A stretch of DNA of 64,000 nt, from assembly GCA_019058445.1 (NCBI GenBank), contig JAHPZA010000004.1, positions 1 to 64,000 of the forward strand. Direction: 5' to 3'. Origin of the DNA: Promethearchaeota archaeon (GTDB taxonomy: Archaea; Asgardarchaeota; Lokiarchaeia; Sigyniarchaeales; SOKP01). The notes below the pieces were generated by a model. It was not told the DNA's origin. It searched no databases and was given only the letters and a program-made list of their open reading frames with translations. Position numbers and translations under genes: made by a program. Shown here in pieces: positions 29,606-38,421 of this stretch (the stretch's first letter is position 1; every line of letters begins with the position of its first letter).

Positions 29606-31012
29606 TTACTTTTGAAATGCTAAGGATTGTTGATATTCATACATCATTCTAAAGGCCATAACCGCATGCTTTATCCTTTCTACCACAGGTATATTTAATT
29701 TTGATGCAATATTCATGATAAATTCAAAAACCCAGCGAGAACCAAAACTAACTACTACACACGGCTTATTCGACTTTTCTGATAGTCTTTTTAACAATTG
29801 AAAACCCATTTGTATCCCTTCACCGAAACCTTCGAACTCCTCTAAAGGCCCTCTTGGAACAGTAAAAATAAATAAAATTGCATCAACATTGGTATCATTG
29901 AATAATACTCTAAGCGAAGGGATCAGTGTAGTTCCTTGGGATGGTCCTAAATCAATCGTTCCCCCAATTGATACCCAGTCGGGTATAATTTTTTTTATTT
30001 TTTGAACAGATTCTTCACTTAATGACGCTAAAGTTAATCCTTGGCGTTTTATTTCATCGCAAGCTAAAATGCCTAAACTTCCTGAACCTGTCACTACTGC
30101 AATATTTTTACCTTTAGGGAGAGTTTGAGAAGAAAATATATGAGCAATATTGAATAACTCATAAAAATTATCGACCCGAAAGATTCCAGGGTGTTGTTTG
30201 AACATAGCACCATAAATTCTGTCGTCTCCTGCGATTGAGCTAGTATGGCTTTTGACGGCCCTAGAACCGATATCGCTACGACCGTTTTTTAGAATCAAGA
30301 CGGGTTTTTTCATTTTTTTTAATGTTTTCATCAGTTCTTTGCCTCTTTTTGTGCCTTCTAAGTAAACAGTAATTACTTTTGTTTCTGGATCATCATTTAG
30401 ATATTGTAGCATATCCACCTCATCGACATCAATTTTATTACCGAGCGTTATTGATTTTGAAAACCCTATATTCTGGCTTGAACCCCAATCTATGAATACA
30501 TTACCAAGAACTCCAGACTGAGCTACAATAGAAATATCACCCTTCACTACCCTATGGAATTGTACTTCAGAAGTCGTAAACTCATTACTAAAATTAGAAA
30601 TACCCACGCAATTTGGACCAATTACTCGAGTCTTAGATTTTTTAATTATCTCAACAATTTCATCTTGAAGCTTAATATGCTTATCAAGTCCAGTCTCCGC
30701 AAATCCCGCGGACTCTAATATTATTCCTTTCACTCCCTTTTCAATACTATCTTTTATGGCTTGAGGTACATGCTTATTTCCAACTAAGATAATTGCTAAT
30801 TCAATATCATCAGGAATATCTTTAATATTTTTGTAGGATTTATGCCCTAATATTTCAGTTTTAGTTAAATGGACGGGGTATGTTTTAAATTTTGAATTTA
30901 AGAGATACTTAGTTGTTGTGTAACCAAACCTCAGGGTATCTGAGGCTCCAATAATAGCTATTGACTTTGGATCAAAAAAGTAATCTAAATCTGTCATATA
31001 TTCTAATAACAA
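29606..31012 (-). CDS. ADP-forming acyl-CoA synthetase, alpha subunit
   Basis: FDPKSIAIIGAS, SAGFAE, GPNCVG, AQSG, LGNKID, YLEG, phospho-His motif SHT; no beta subunit in the window. Confidence 0.9.
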   Translation of the reverse strand: MLLEYMTDLDYFFDPKSIAIIGASDTLRFGYTTTKYLLNSKFKTYPVHLTKTEILGHKSYKNIKDIPDDIELAIILVGNKHVPQAIKDSIEKGVKGIILESAGFAETGLDKHIKLQDEIVEIIKKSKTRVIGPNCVGISNFSNEFTTSEVQFHRVVKGDISIVAQSGVLGNVFIDWGSSQNIGFSKSITLGNKIDVDEVDMLQYLNDDPETKVITVYLEGTKRGKELMKTLKKMKKPVLILKNGRSDIGSRAVKSHTSSIAGDDRIYGAMFKQHPGIFRVDNFYELFNIAHIFSSQTLPKGKNIAVVTGSGSLGILACDEIKRQGLTLASLSEESVQKIKKIIPDWVSIGGTIDLGPSQGTTLIPSLRVLFNDTNVDAILFIFTVPRGPLEEFEGFGEGIQMGFQLLKRLSEKSNKPCVVVSFGSRWVFEFIMNIASKLNIPVVERIKHAVMAFRMMYEYQQSLAFQK

Positions 31013-31167
31013 ATATTTATCTTTAAAAGATAGTAGACCTAATATTCCATGAACCTTAAATATTAGGATATTTGATGTAAATGGTATTTAAAATCCCAGA
31101 TGTTTTTATAGATTATTATAGAATCCTATGATATACAAGAGACATATTTTAGAACTTTGAATAAAAA

Positions 31168-31701
31168 ATGATAACAGGAAGCAAAAATGTTAATATCCAA
31201 ATTATTTGTCCAATATGTAAATCCAAAAAACAGTTAAATATCCCGGAATCAATCATTAATCAAGCAAAGCAATTAACTACAATTTCTATTCAAAAAGGGA
31301 TGTTATGTAATCATCATTTCCAAGCATTTATAGATAAAAACTTTAAAGTTCGTGGTTATCAAAAGATAGATTTTGAAGTGAGCCCTATGAAAAGAGGAGA
31401 TAAAAGCTTTAAAATGGAAAAAATAGGCCGCGCAAAAAATCCCGACAATGAATTATTTGAGAATCTTATTATGGAAGGGAATTATATTGAGTATAAAGCA
31501 AATGCGCTAAATTCCAATGAACTAAAAGTTATTTCTAAAAAAAATGGAACATATAAGAGAAATAAGGACTTGACACTTAAGGAAATATATGAACTCTTTT
31601 GGGATTTTATCGATGAAGATAACAGAGAATTTAGGGAATTAATCATTAAAGATAAAAGAAGGAAGACCTTAAAAAATGCTCTTAAACCTATAGAGCATTG
31701 A
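31168..31701 (+). CDS. Hypothetical protein with N-terminal zinc-binding domain
   Basis: CPIC...CNHHFQAFIDKNFKVRGYQ. Confidence 0.7.
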   Translation: MITGSKNVNIQIICPICKSKKQLNIPESIINQAKQLTTISIQKGMLCNHHFQAFIDKNFKVRGYQKIDFEVSPMKRGDKSFKMEKIGRAKNPDNELFENLIMEGNYIEYKANALNSNELKVISKKNGTYKRNKDLTLKEIYELFWDFIDEDNREFRELIIKDKRRKTLKNALKPIEH

Positions 31702-31862
31702 TTTATTTTTCTTATTTTCTACTTTTGAAATTTTCTATGAGTTTTTCAATTCTTAAAATTGGTTTGTAAAAGGTTTTTAATTTTAAAAACCAATTTGAAT
31801 TATATATCTAAATAAAAAGGGATCATTATTTGTTAAAATTATTTCATATTTAGGGTTTATAT

Positions 31863-33011
31863 ATGTATTTAAGTGGATTAGTAAAGAAAGAGTTTGGCAG
31901 GATACAATCAGATAAACGGACATTAGTGTTAATTTTTGTCATTCCTATTATCTTGATTGTGATCTTTGGGCTTACTTCAGGAGGGGGTCCTACTGCATAT
32001 TTTGATACCGCAATCATAACCCGAGATAAAGAACCGTGCGATTGTTATAATTCTACGGATGGTTATGATGATATTTTTATAGACATTGTAGAGGATGATT
32101 GCGAAGCATGGGGTCTCTTTGAAGATTTTGAAAGCGAAGATGATGATGATTTTGATAAAATTTTTGATAAATGTGTCGAATTATTGAGAGATGAAATTAT
32201 TGATGTTTTTATAATATTACCTGATGATTTTTCGGAAACAATTACAAATGATACTAACACAGAAATCATTTATTATATTGATGGTTCCGATCAACAGGCA
32301 AAGGATGCGGTTGAAGTAGCATTGCAAGAACCAATAGGTAAATTTAGATTAGAAATAGATAAAACTACCAATTTTACTACAATGTCTCCCTATTTAGAAT
32401 ATGAAGTACCTTTCTGGGAATCTCAGGTGTTAAATTATGCATTTGCCTTGATTGCATCAATGCTTATCTTAGGATTATTAATGAATCTCACATCCTTGTC
32501 AATTGTTTCAGAAAAACCACTTCCTCGTATGTTGTTAACTCCAACAGCAAAGGACGAGATTATTTTAAGTAAATTAATTGCCAATACAATTATCATGATT
32601 CTACAAGTAACTGAAATTTTCGTAATGTCGGCCATTTTTGGATTATATTGTCTTGGTTCCCTCTTTGAACTTTATTTGGTATTATTAATGACAGGTTTTT
32701 GTGGAATATGTATGGGTTTATTTATTTCAGCAATTTCTAAAACTGAACAAGTTGCTAATCAACTCTATATGATGTTCTTTATAACTGTTATTATGTTTTC
32801 GGGCGCATTCATCAAAATTGATGCCTTGCCACTCGCAATGCAGATCATTATCAATTCACTTCCGTTAAGCCATGCTATCCCTCTTATTGTGAACATTACA
32901 ATGAAAGGACTTCCAATTGATTACGCTCACCTAGGAAGTTTAGCTTTAATATCAACAACCTTTGCCGGTATGGCTTATATCGCATTTAGATTAAAGAAAG
33001 TAGAGGTGTAA
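31863..33011 (+). CDS. ABC-2 type permease (YbhR/YbhS-like)
   Basis: KKEF...DKRTL, TM1, acidic extracytoplasmic domain, five further TM, RMLLTP, FSGAF...PLSHA. Confidence 0.9.
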   Translation: MYLSGLVKKEFGRIQSDKRTLVLIFVIPIILIVIFGLTSGGGPTAYFDTAIITRDKEPCDCYNSTDGYDDIFIDIVEDDCEAWGLFEDFESEDDDDFDKIFDKCVELLRDEIIDVFIILPDDFSETITNDTNTEIIYYIDGSDQQAKDAVEVALQEPIGKFRLEIDKTTNFTTMSPYLEYEVPFWESQVLNYAFALIASMLILGLLMNLTSLSIVSEKPLPRMLLTPTAKDEIILSKLIANTIIMILQVTEIFVMSAIFGLYCLGSLFELYLVLLMTGFCGICMGLFISAISKTEQVANQLYMMFFITVIMFSGAFIKIDALPLAMQIIINSLPLSHAIPLIVNITMKGLPIDYAHLGSLALISTTFAGMAYIAFRLKKVEV

Positions 33012-33018
33012 ATAGAGA

Positions 33019-34248
33019 TTGGCAAAATCTAAGACATCCGACAATTGGAGCAGTGGAACTTTTTTTAACAGGCTAAGATATAGTTTATGGAGAATTGTAC
33101 GACAGGTAAAAAAGGAATTCCAGCTCTTGAAAATAGATAAGATGAATTTAGTAATTGCGCTATTGATGCCTCCAGGAATAATTATGCTCTTTGCTTTTAT
33201 GTCCACTAGTGCTTCAGTCACCATACCTGTAAAAGTTAGTGTAGTTAGTTATGATTCCAATACCTTTGTAAATCAAAATAACTACTCGATAACAACAAAA
33301 TGGGATAATTATACCGAAATGTATCTGGATGCGGTAAAAGAATCAGAATTACTAGAACTAATTGAATTTTATGACGCAAGTGAAGATGAAAACGAATATG
33401 CTATGGAAACAGCACGAAATGAGATGCGAGATGGGAATATTGAATGCATCATCGTCATTCCCGTCGAATTTTCGGAGTTATTAACGACTGGCTATCCGGG
33501 GATCATAGAACTTATCCCGGATGCTTCTGATGCCGCTTCAATCCAAGATAAACTTAATGCTGTTCAAGATTCGATTAAAATCTTTGTAGAAGAAAATGAT
33601 CTTGATCCCGAATACGTGCTACAAGAATACGAGGAATTCTCAGTTCCATCCAAGTATAATTTTAGATACAACTATAATATGACCGTCTTATTACCGTTTA
33701 TGACTTTTGGAATTTCCTTTGTGTTAACTATATTAGTAGTCGTCCAGGAAAAACCTATCGCAAGACTTTTACTCACGCCAGTACAAAAAGCTGAGATTTT
33801 ACTTTCAAAATATATTGTTTATTCCATCGTATTAGCACTGCAAGTTTTTTTAGTCCTCACGGTTGCGATAGCTAACGGACTTTATGTTGCTGGAAATGTT
33901 ATTGATTTATTTCTCGGTCTATATATGTTAGGGTTTGCTGGAGTGAGTTTAGGGATGTTTGTCAGTACCGTAAGTAATACTAAAACCGAGGCAAATCAAC
34001 TCTTTTTTGCTCTTTTTATTGTTATTATATTATTAAGCGGTATGTTTGTTCCTATAGATGCAATGCCCGATTATTTACAAAATATTGCATATATTCTTCC
34101 ATTATCTCATGGAGCTCCGATTATCAAAGGAATTCTCTCTAAAGGTAAATCTTTTATTGGATTTGACTTTTTTTGGCTACTTGGTATAAGCTCAGTGCTC
34201 ATTATTCTATCATTCTTGGTAATTAATAGAAAACGATATGAGGTGTAA
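33019..34248 (+). CDS. ABC-2 type permease (second paralog)
   Basis: KKEFQLL, RLLLTPV, LSGMFVPIDAMP, PLSH. Confidence 0.9.
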   Translation: MAKSKTSDNWSSGTFFNRLRYSLWRIVRQVKKEFQLLKIDKMNLVIALLMPPGIIMLFAFMSTSASVTIPVKVSVVSYDSNTFVNQNNYSITTKWDNYTEMYLDAVKESELLELIEFYDASEDENEYAMETARNEMRDGNIECIIVIPVEFSELLTTGYPGIIELIPDASDAASIQDKLNAVQDSIKIFVEENDLDPEYVLQEYEEFSVPSKYNFRYNYNMTVLLPFMTFGISFVLTILVVVQEKPIARLLLTPVQKAEILLSKYIVYSIVLALQVFLVLTVAIANGLYVAGNVIDLFLGLYMLGFAGVSLGMFVSTVSNTKTEANQLFFALFIVIILLSGMFVPIDAMPDYLQNIAYILPLSHGAPIIKGILSKGKSFIGFDFFWLLGISSVLIILSFLVINRKRYEV

Positions 34249-35290
34249 CTTGATAAGTACTACAGATGTAAAAGAAATCGTTGTTAATGTAGAAAATTTA
34301 GAAGTAAGTTTCGGAGAAAAAAAAATCATACATAAAGTTTCTTTTAATGTAAACCGAGGTGAGATCATCGGATTTTTTGGAATCTCAGGAGCGGGAAAAA
34401 CTACAATAATTCGCGTTTTAACATGTCAGATAAGTCAAAAAAATTGGACGGGATATGTAAAGGTTACGAATCTTAACCCAGGAAGTAAAAAAAATCACGC
34501 AAAAATACTGAGTAATATCGGATATGTCCCACAATTAGAAGAACTCAATCTCTATTATGACTTAACTCCTCTTAAAAATGTGGAGATATTTGCTTCTTGT
34601 TATAACATGAAAAAAAAAGAAGCTTTAGCTATCGCGAAAGAATTATTTTCAATTTTAGATATCCCAGAAGACACTTGGAATAAACCTTTAAAAAAAATGA
34701 GTGGAGGAGAAAAAAAGAGAGTTTCTATGGCTATTGGCTTAATCCACAAGCCGGACATTCTTTTTTTAGACGAACCTACCACAGGAGTTGATGCTGCTAA
34801 GCGCTATGATGTGCTTTCATATTTAAAAAAGCTTAACCGTAGATTAGGTACCACGATGTTCTTAATAACGCATGATATGGAAGCAGCCTTGATTGTAGAT
34901 CGAGCCGCCATTTTAAGAGACGGAAAACTTCTAGAATTTGACTCTAATTCTAATTTGATTACATCATTGCCAAGTAAAGGTTTAGTAGCGCGATTTTCAA
35001 TAGAAAATTTAAATGAGGAAAAAATAAACATTATCAAACAATTTCCAAATGTTAGTAATATTAAAACTATACGAGTTGGCAATGAGACGTTTGAAGTACT
35101 TATGGACGATTTTGAAAAAAACCTCTCAAAATTAATACAGTTCATGATGGAGAAAGGTTTAAAACTCAATGCAATGAGCCGGGATGTTGCTGCGTTTAGG
35201 AGATACTTTCAACTTAGAATTCAAGAAGAAGAAGAGAAAGAGCGCCGGATAAGAATGCAACAAGAAACAAGTGAAGAGGTGCAGTTTTAA
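34238..35290 (+). CDS. ABC ATPase (DrrA/CcmA-like) with C-terminal regulatory domain
   Basis: GISGAGKT, MSGGEKKR, FLDEPTTG, ITH; probable start TTG 34250. Confidence 0.93.
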   Translation: MRCNLISTTDVKEIVVNVENLEVSFGEKKIIHKVSFNVNRGEIIGFFGISGAGKTTIIRVLTCQISQKNWTGYVKVTNLNPGSKKNHAKILSNIGYVPQLEELNLYYDLTPLKNVEIFASCYNMKKKEALAIAKELFSILDIPEDTWNKPLKKMSGGEKKRVSMAIGLIHKPDILFLDEPTTGVDAAKRYDVLSYLKKLNRRLGTTMFLITHDMEAALIVDRAAILRDGKLLEFDSNSNLITSLPSKGLVARFSIENLNEEKINIIKQFPNVSNIKTIRVGNETFEVLMDDFEKNLSKLIQFMMEKGLKLNAMSRDVAAFRRYFQLRIQEEEEKERRIRMQQETSEEVQF

Positions 35291-38200
35291 CGGAATCCAA
35301 AACTAAGCGCAAAATTAGAGTATTATTAACATTTATAGCTTTTTTCGGTGCCCAATTACTTCTAATTGGGCTTATTAATTACCCATGGATAACCTATTAC
35401 GATGAAAATGAAGTAAAAGATCTTAAAGATAATATGGTGGATTTTGTAAATAGCCATCAAAATCCAGATTCTGATCTTTTTATTGAGCCCACAATAGAGT
35501 CAACCTATAGGGCAATTGATTCACTTAATTTTTCCCATCCTGTTAGTTCCTCTACAAATATAATAAATCCTAGATATAACGACCATCTAAGTGATGATAT
35601 GAGAGATTTCTTTTTTTATTACTTATTTGAGAAACAAAATGATAATGGGTCCTTTTCAGATATTTATGGATTAGGAAACATGTACTCTACGTATCAAGTC
35701 GTTGAAACTATTTACAAATTAGATAGCTCTTTTATGATTTTACGAGATGAAGAATATGAATTTAATAAGATTAGTATGCTTCTTCAGTACTTGGGTAATT
35801 CCTTGGCAGAGAATGGGTACGGATTTAAGTTAAATGAATACTCTCCTATACCTGATATACTGTCAACTTATTGCGCTATAATTTTAGCAAATCGATTCAA
35901 TGCAGAGTCTCTTCTTAAAAATAAAAACATTACTAGGTATGTGAATTCCTCTATTATTGACATTTCGCCAGAATTGACATATTATAGGATCTTGTCTCAT
36001 TTAGAATTAGGGTTGACAATTAACATAACGCAAAAAATAGCTATTCTAGTTTATTTTGCAAGTCTCTATAATAGCCAAGATGGGGGTTTTTCTATAATTG
36101 CTGGAGGTGAGTCAGATGTCCAATCAACCTATTTTGCAATTTCCTCGTTAAATGCAATAAATAGGACGGTCTCTAACCAAAACAAATCACGATATTTCAT
36201 ATTGAATTGTTCAAGTTCAGATGGAGGTTTTGGGTATAGGCCAGACACTGTGAATGCAACGTATAACTCAGATTTTAAATCGGGATGGGCAGCCATGAAA
36301 GCTATTGACATTCTTGAAAAAAATGCCACTGTGAATAACCTCAATAATAATCTATATCGTAAGAATTATTATAATTGGTTATATGCGCATCAAGCAGAGA
36401 ATGGGTTGTTTGGGGAGATTTCACTGCAAGCAAATTATTGGGGTGTATTATCAAATTTTCAAGCTGATCCCGAAAATTTAGCTGATAAGGTGGATATAGA
36501 TGATATCTGGGATTATGTTGAAGACTGTTATGATAGTAGTGAAGGAGGGTTCGGATATAAAGCTGATGAGGAAGCAAGCTTATTTTCGACTTATAGTGCT
36601 CTTAATATTTATGAAATGTTCTATAATTATGATGAATTCGAGGGTGAGCTACCTAATACCAATAAAACTATAGAATATTTAGTTGATAGGCAAAATCAAG
36701 ATGGGGGATTTAATTTAGGTCTTGATTTATATCAAATTACTGCCTTTTTTGGACCATTAAGTGATATTTTTTTAAGTTTATTAAAAACTAATGTTTCTAC
36801 AGTAGAAAGTACATATTGGGCTCTCTCCTCCTTAGATATTTTAGGTGCAATAGATAAAGTATATGAGAAAGATTTAATGCATTGGATGTACTCCTGTCAG
36901 AACGCTGATGGGGGTTTTTCTATAATTTTAGGATTTCACAGTGATACTATATCAACCTATTTTGGATTAGCAGTTTTTAATTTATTAAATACTAAACCGA
37001 TATCCGAAATAGGGCCTATTGAGTTTTTAAAGAATGCTCAAAATGACGAGGGAAGTTTCGATCCTATGCCAGCTCTTTCATTAATATTTGATCTTCCCAC
37101 ATCATTTTTATTAACATATTTCGCAGCCATGGGACTTTACGAATTTGAATATCAACCTGAAGATGTGGAAGAATTAATTGATTGGTATGAAGATTGTTAT
37201 AGTTCAAATACAGGTGGAATGGGAGATAATCCGGGATTCGGAGGTGACTTACGAAATACTCCTTATGGGATAATCCTTATAGAAGAACTTCAATATGATC
37301 AAGCTTTTAACCCTAGACCTTGGACAGAATTAATCACAGTGATAATTTTGACAGAAATTCTACTACTTTTGTTATATGGAATTATAAACGCCATTATGAT
37401 TTTAGATGTAACGATTTCAAAAAAGATAAAGACGAAATTAGGGATTGGGGAAAAGTTTAATATCTCCTATTTAAAAAAGTCGGCTGCGATTTATTGTGAA
37501 AATTTAAATATATTTGCAGGAGGAAAATTAATTGTAGATTCTGTTTCAATGAGATTAGAACATAGTGAAATTTTAGGAGTATTAGGAGAAAGTGGAGCGG
37601 GTAAGTCGACTTTTGTAAAAGCTTTGCTAGGAATGCGTAAGTTCACTGGAATTAATCAAGTGTATGGCATGGATGTAAAAAAGTACTCAAAAAAAATGAG
37701 ACCTATCTATGGATATGTCCCCCAACAACTAATGCTGTATAATAATTTTACTGTTTTACAAAATATTTTCTACTTTGGGAAGAGATATGATTTATCTGAA
37801 AAAGAAATCATAAGTAGGACTAAAAGATTACTAAGATCGTTGGAAATTGAAGACAAAATGTATGAAAAAGTTAAGAACCTTTCAGGAGGGCAGAAACGAC
37901 GAGTAAGCATAGCATTGGCATTAATTCATAATCCTGTTATTCTTTGGATGGATGAGCCGACATCAGGCTTAGATCCTGTGGTACGAGAAAATCTCTGGAT
38001 TGCATTAACCAAAATAAATGAGCAATTTAATACTACATTAATTGTAATTACACATTATCCCGAAGAATCACGTTTCTGTCATCGTGTTGCGATATTTGGG
38101 AGGCAAAAAGGTATGATAGACTATGGGCGTCCAAGGGATTTGCTTACCCAATTACCCGGGCGTGGTCGGAAAATCGAATTATATTTCAATGAGATAAAAG

Positions 38201-38421
38201 AGGAGGCTATTAAGAGATTAGAATCTATTGATGGTGTAGAAACTGTATTAGAGAGGAAAGCAGGGACTGATTTCTTATTGTTTACTGATTTGGACTTGAA
38301 CTCTCTCTTTGAAAAAATTAAACAAGAGTTTCCAAAGTCAATTCCGCAGATGATTCAATCAGATTGTCAAATGGAAGATTTATTCAGAATTTTAGCGTTA
38401 AAGGTGCCTGTAATTGAATAA
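35287..38421 (+). CDS. Fusion: signal anchor + prenyltransferase/squalene-cyclase-repeat barrel + TM + ABC ATPase
   Basis: Repeated QxxDGGF / STY motifs; TM LITVIILTEILLLLLYGII; intact GESGAGKS, LSGGQ, WMDEPTSG, ITH. ORF track starts at 35434, but the frame is open back to 35275 and encodes a signal-anchor-like TESKTKRKIRVLLTFIAFFGAQLLLIGLI. Confidence 0.85.
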   Translation, partial: LTESKTKRKIRVLLTFIAFFGAQLLLIGLINYPWITYYDENEVKDLKDNMVDFVNSHQNPDSDLFIEPTIESTYRAIDSLNFSHPVSSSTNIINPRYNDHLSDDMRDFFFYYLFEKQNDNGSFSDIYGLGNMYSTYQVVETIYKLDSSFMILRDEEYEFNKISMLLQYLGNSLAENGYGFKLNEYSPIPDILSTYCAIILANRFNAESLLKNKNITRYVNSSIIDISPELTYYRILSHLELGLTINITQKIAILVYFASLYNSQDGGFSIIAGGESDVQSTYFAISSLNAINRTVSNQNKSRYFILNCSSSDGGFGYRPDTVNATYNSDFKSGWAAMKAIDILEKNATVNNLNNNLYRKNYYNWLYAHQAENGLFGEISLQANYWGVLSNFQADPENLADKVDIDDIWDYVEDCYDSSEGGFGYKADEEASLFSTYSALNIYEMFYNYDEFEGELPNTNKTIEYLVDRQNQDGGFNLGLDLYQITAFFGPLSDIFLSLLKTNVSTVESTYWALSSLDILGAIDKVYEKDLMHWMYSCQNADGGFSIILGFHSDTISTYFGLAVFNLLNTKPISEIGPIEFLKNAQNDEGSFDPMPALSLIFDLPTSFLLTYFAAMGLYEFEYQPEDVEELIDWYEDCYSSNTGGMGDNPGFGGDLRNTPYGIILIEELQYDQAFNPRPWTELITVIILTEILLLLLYGIINAIMILDVTISKKIKTKLGIGEKFNISYLKKSAAIYCENLNIFAGGKLIVDSVSMRLEHSEILGVLGESGAGKSTFVKALLGMRKFTGINQVYGMDVKKYSKKMRPIYGYVPQQLMLYNNFTVLQNIFYFGKRYDLSEKEIISRTKRLLRSLEIEDKMYEKVKNLSGGQKRRVSIALALIHNPVILWMDEPTSGLDPVVRENLWIALTKINEQFNTTLIVITHYPEESRFCHRVAIFGRQKGMIDYGRPRDLLTQLPGRGRKIELYFNEIKEEAIKRLESIDGVETVLERKAGTDFLLFTDLDLNSLFEKIKQEFPKSIPQMIQSDCQMEDLFRILALKVPVIE

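Noticed and set aside
35434-37330. Barrel domain as a true protein prenyltransferase or squalene-hopene cyclase
   Set aside because: D-x-C Zn ligands and a catalytic DxDD are not evident, predicted topology is extracellular, and no alpha subunit is nearby.
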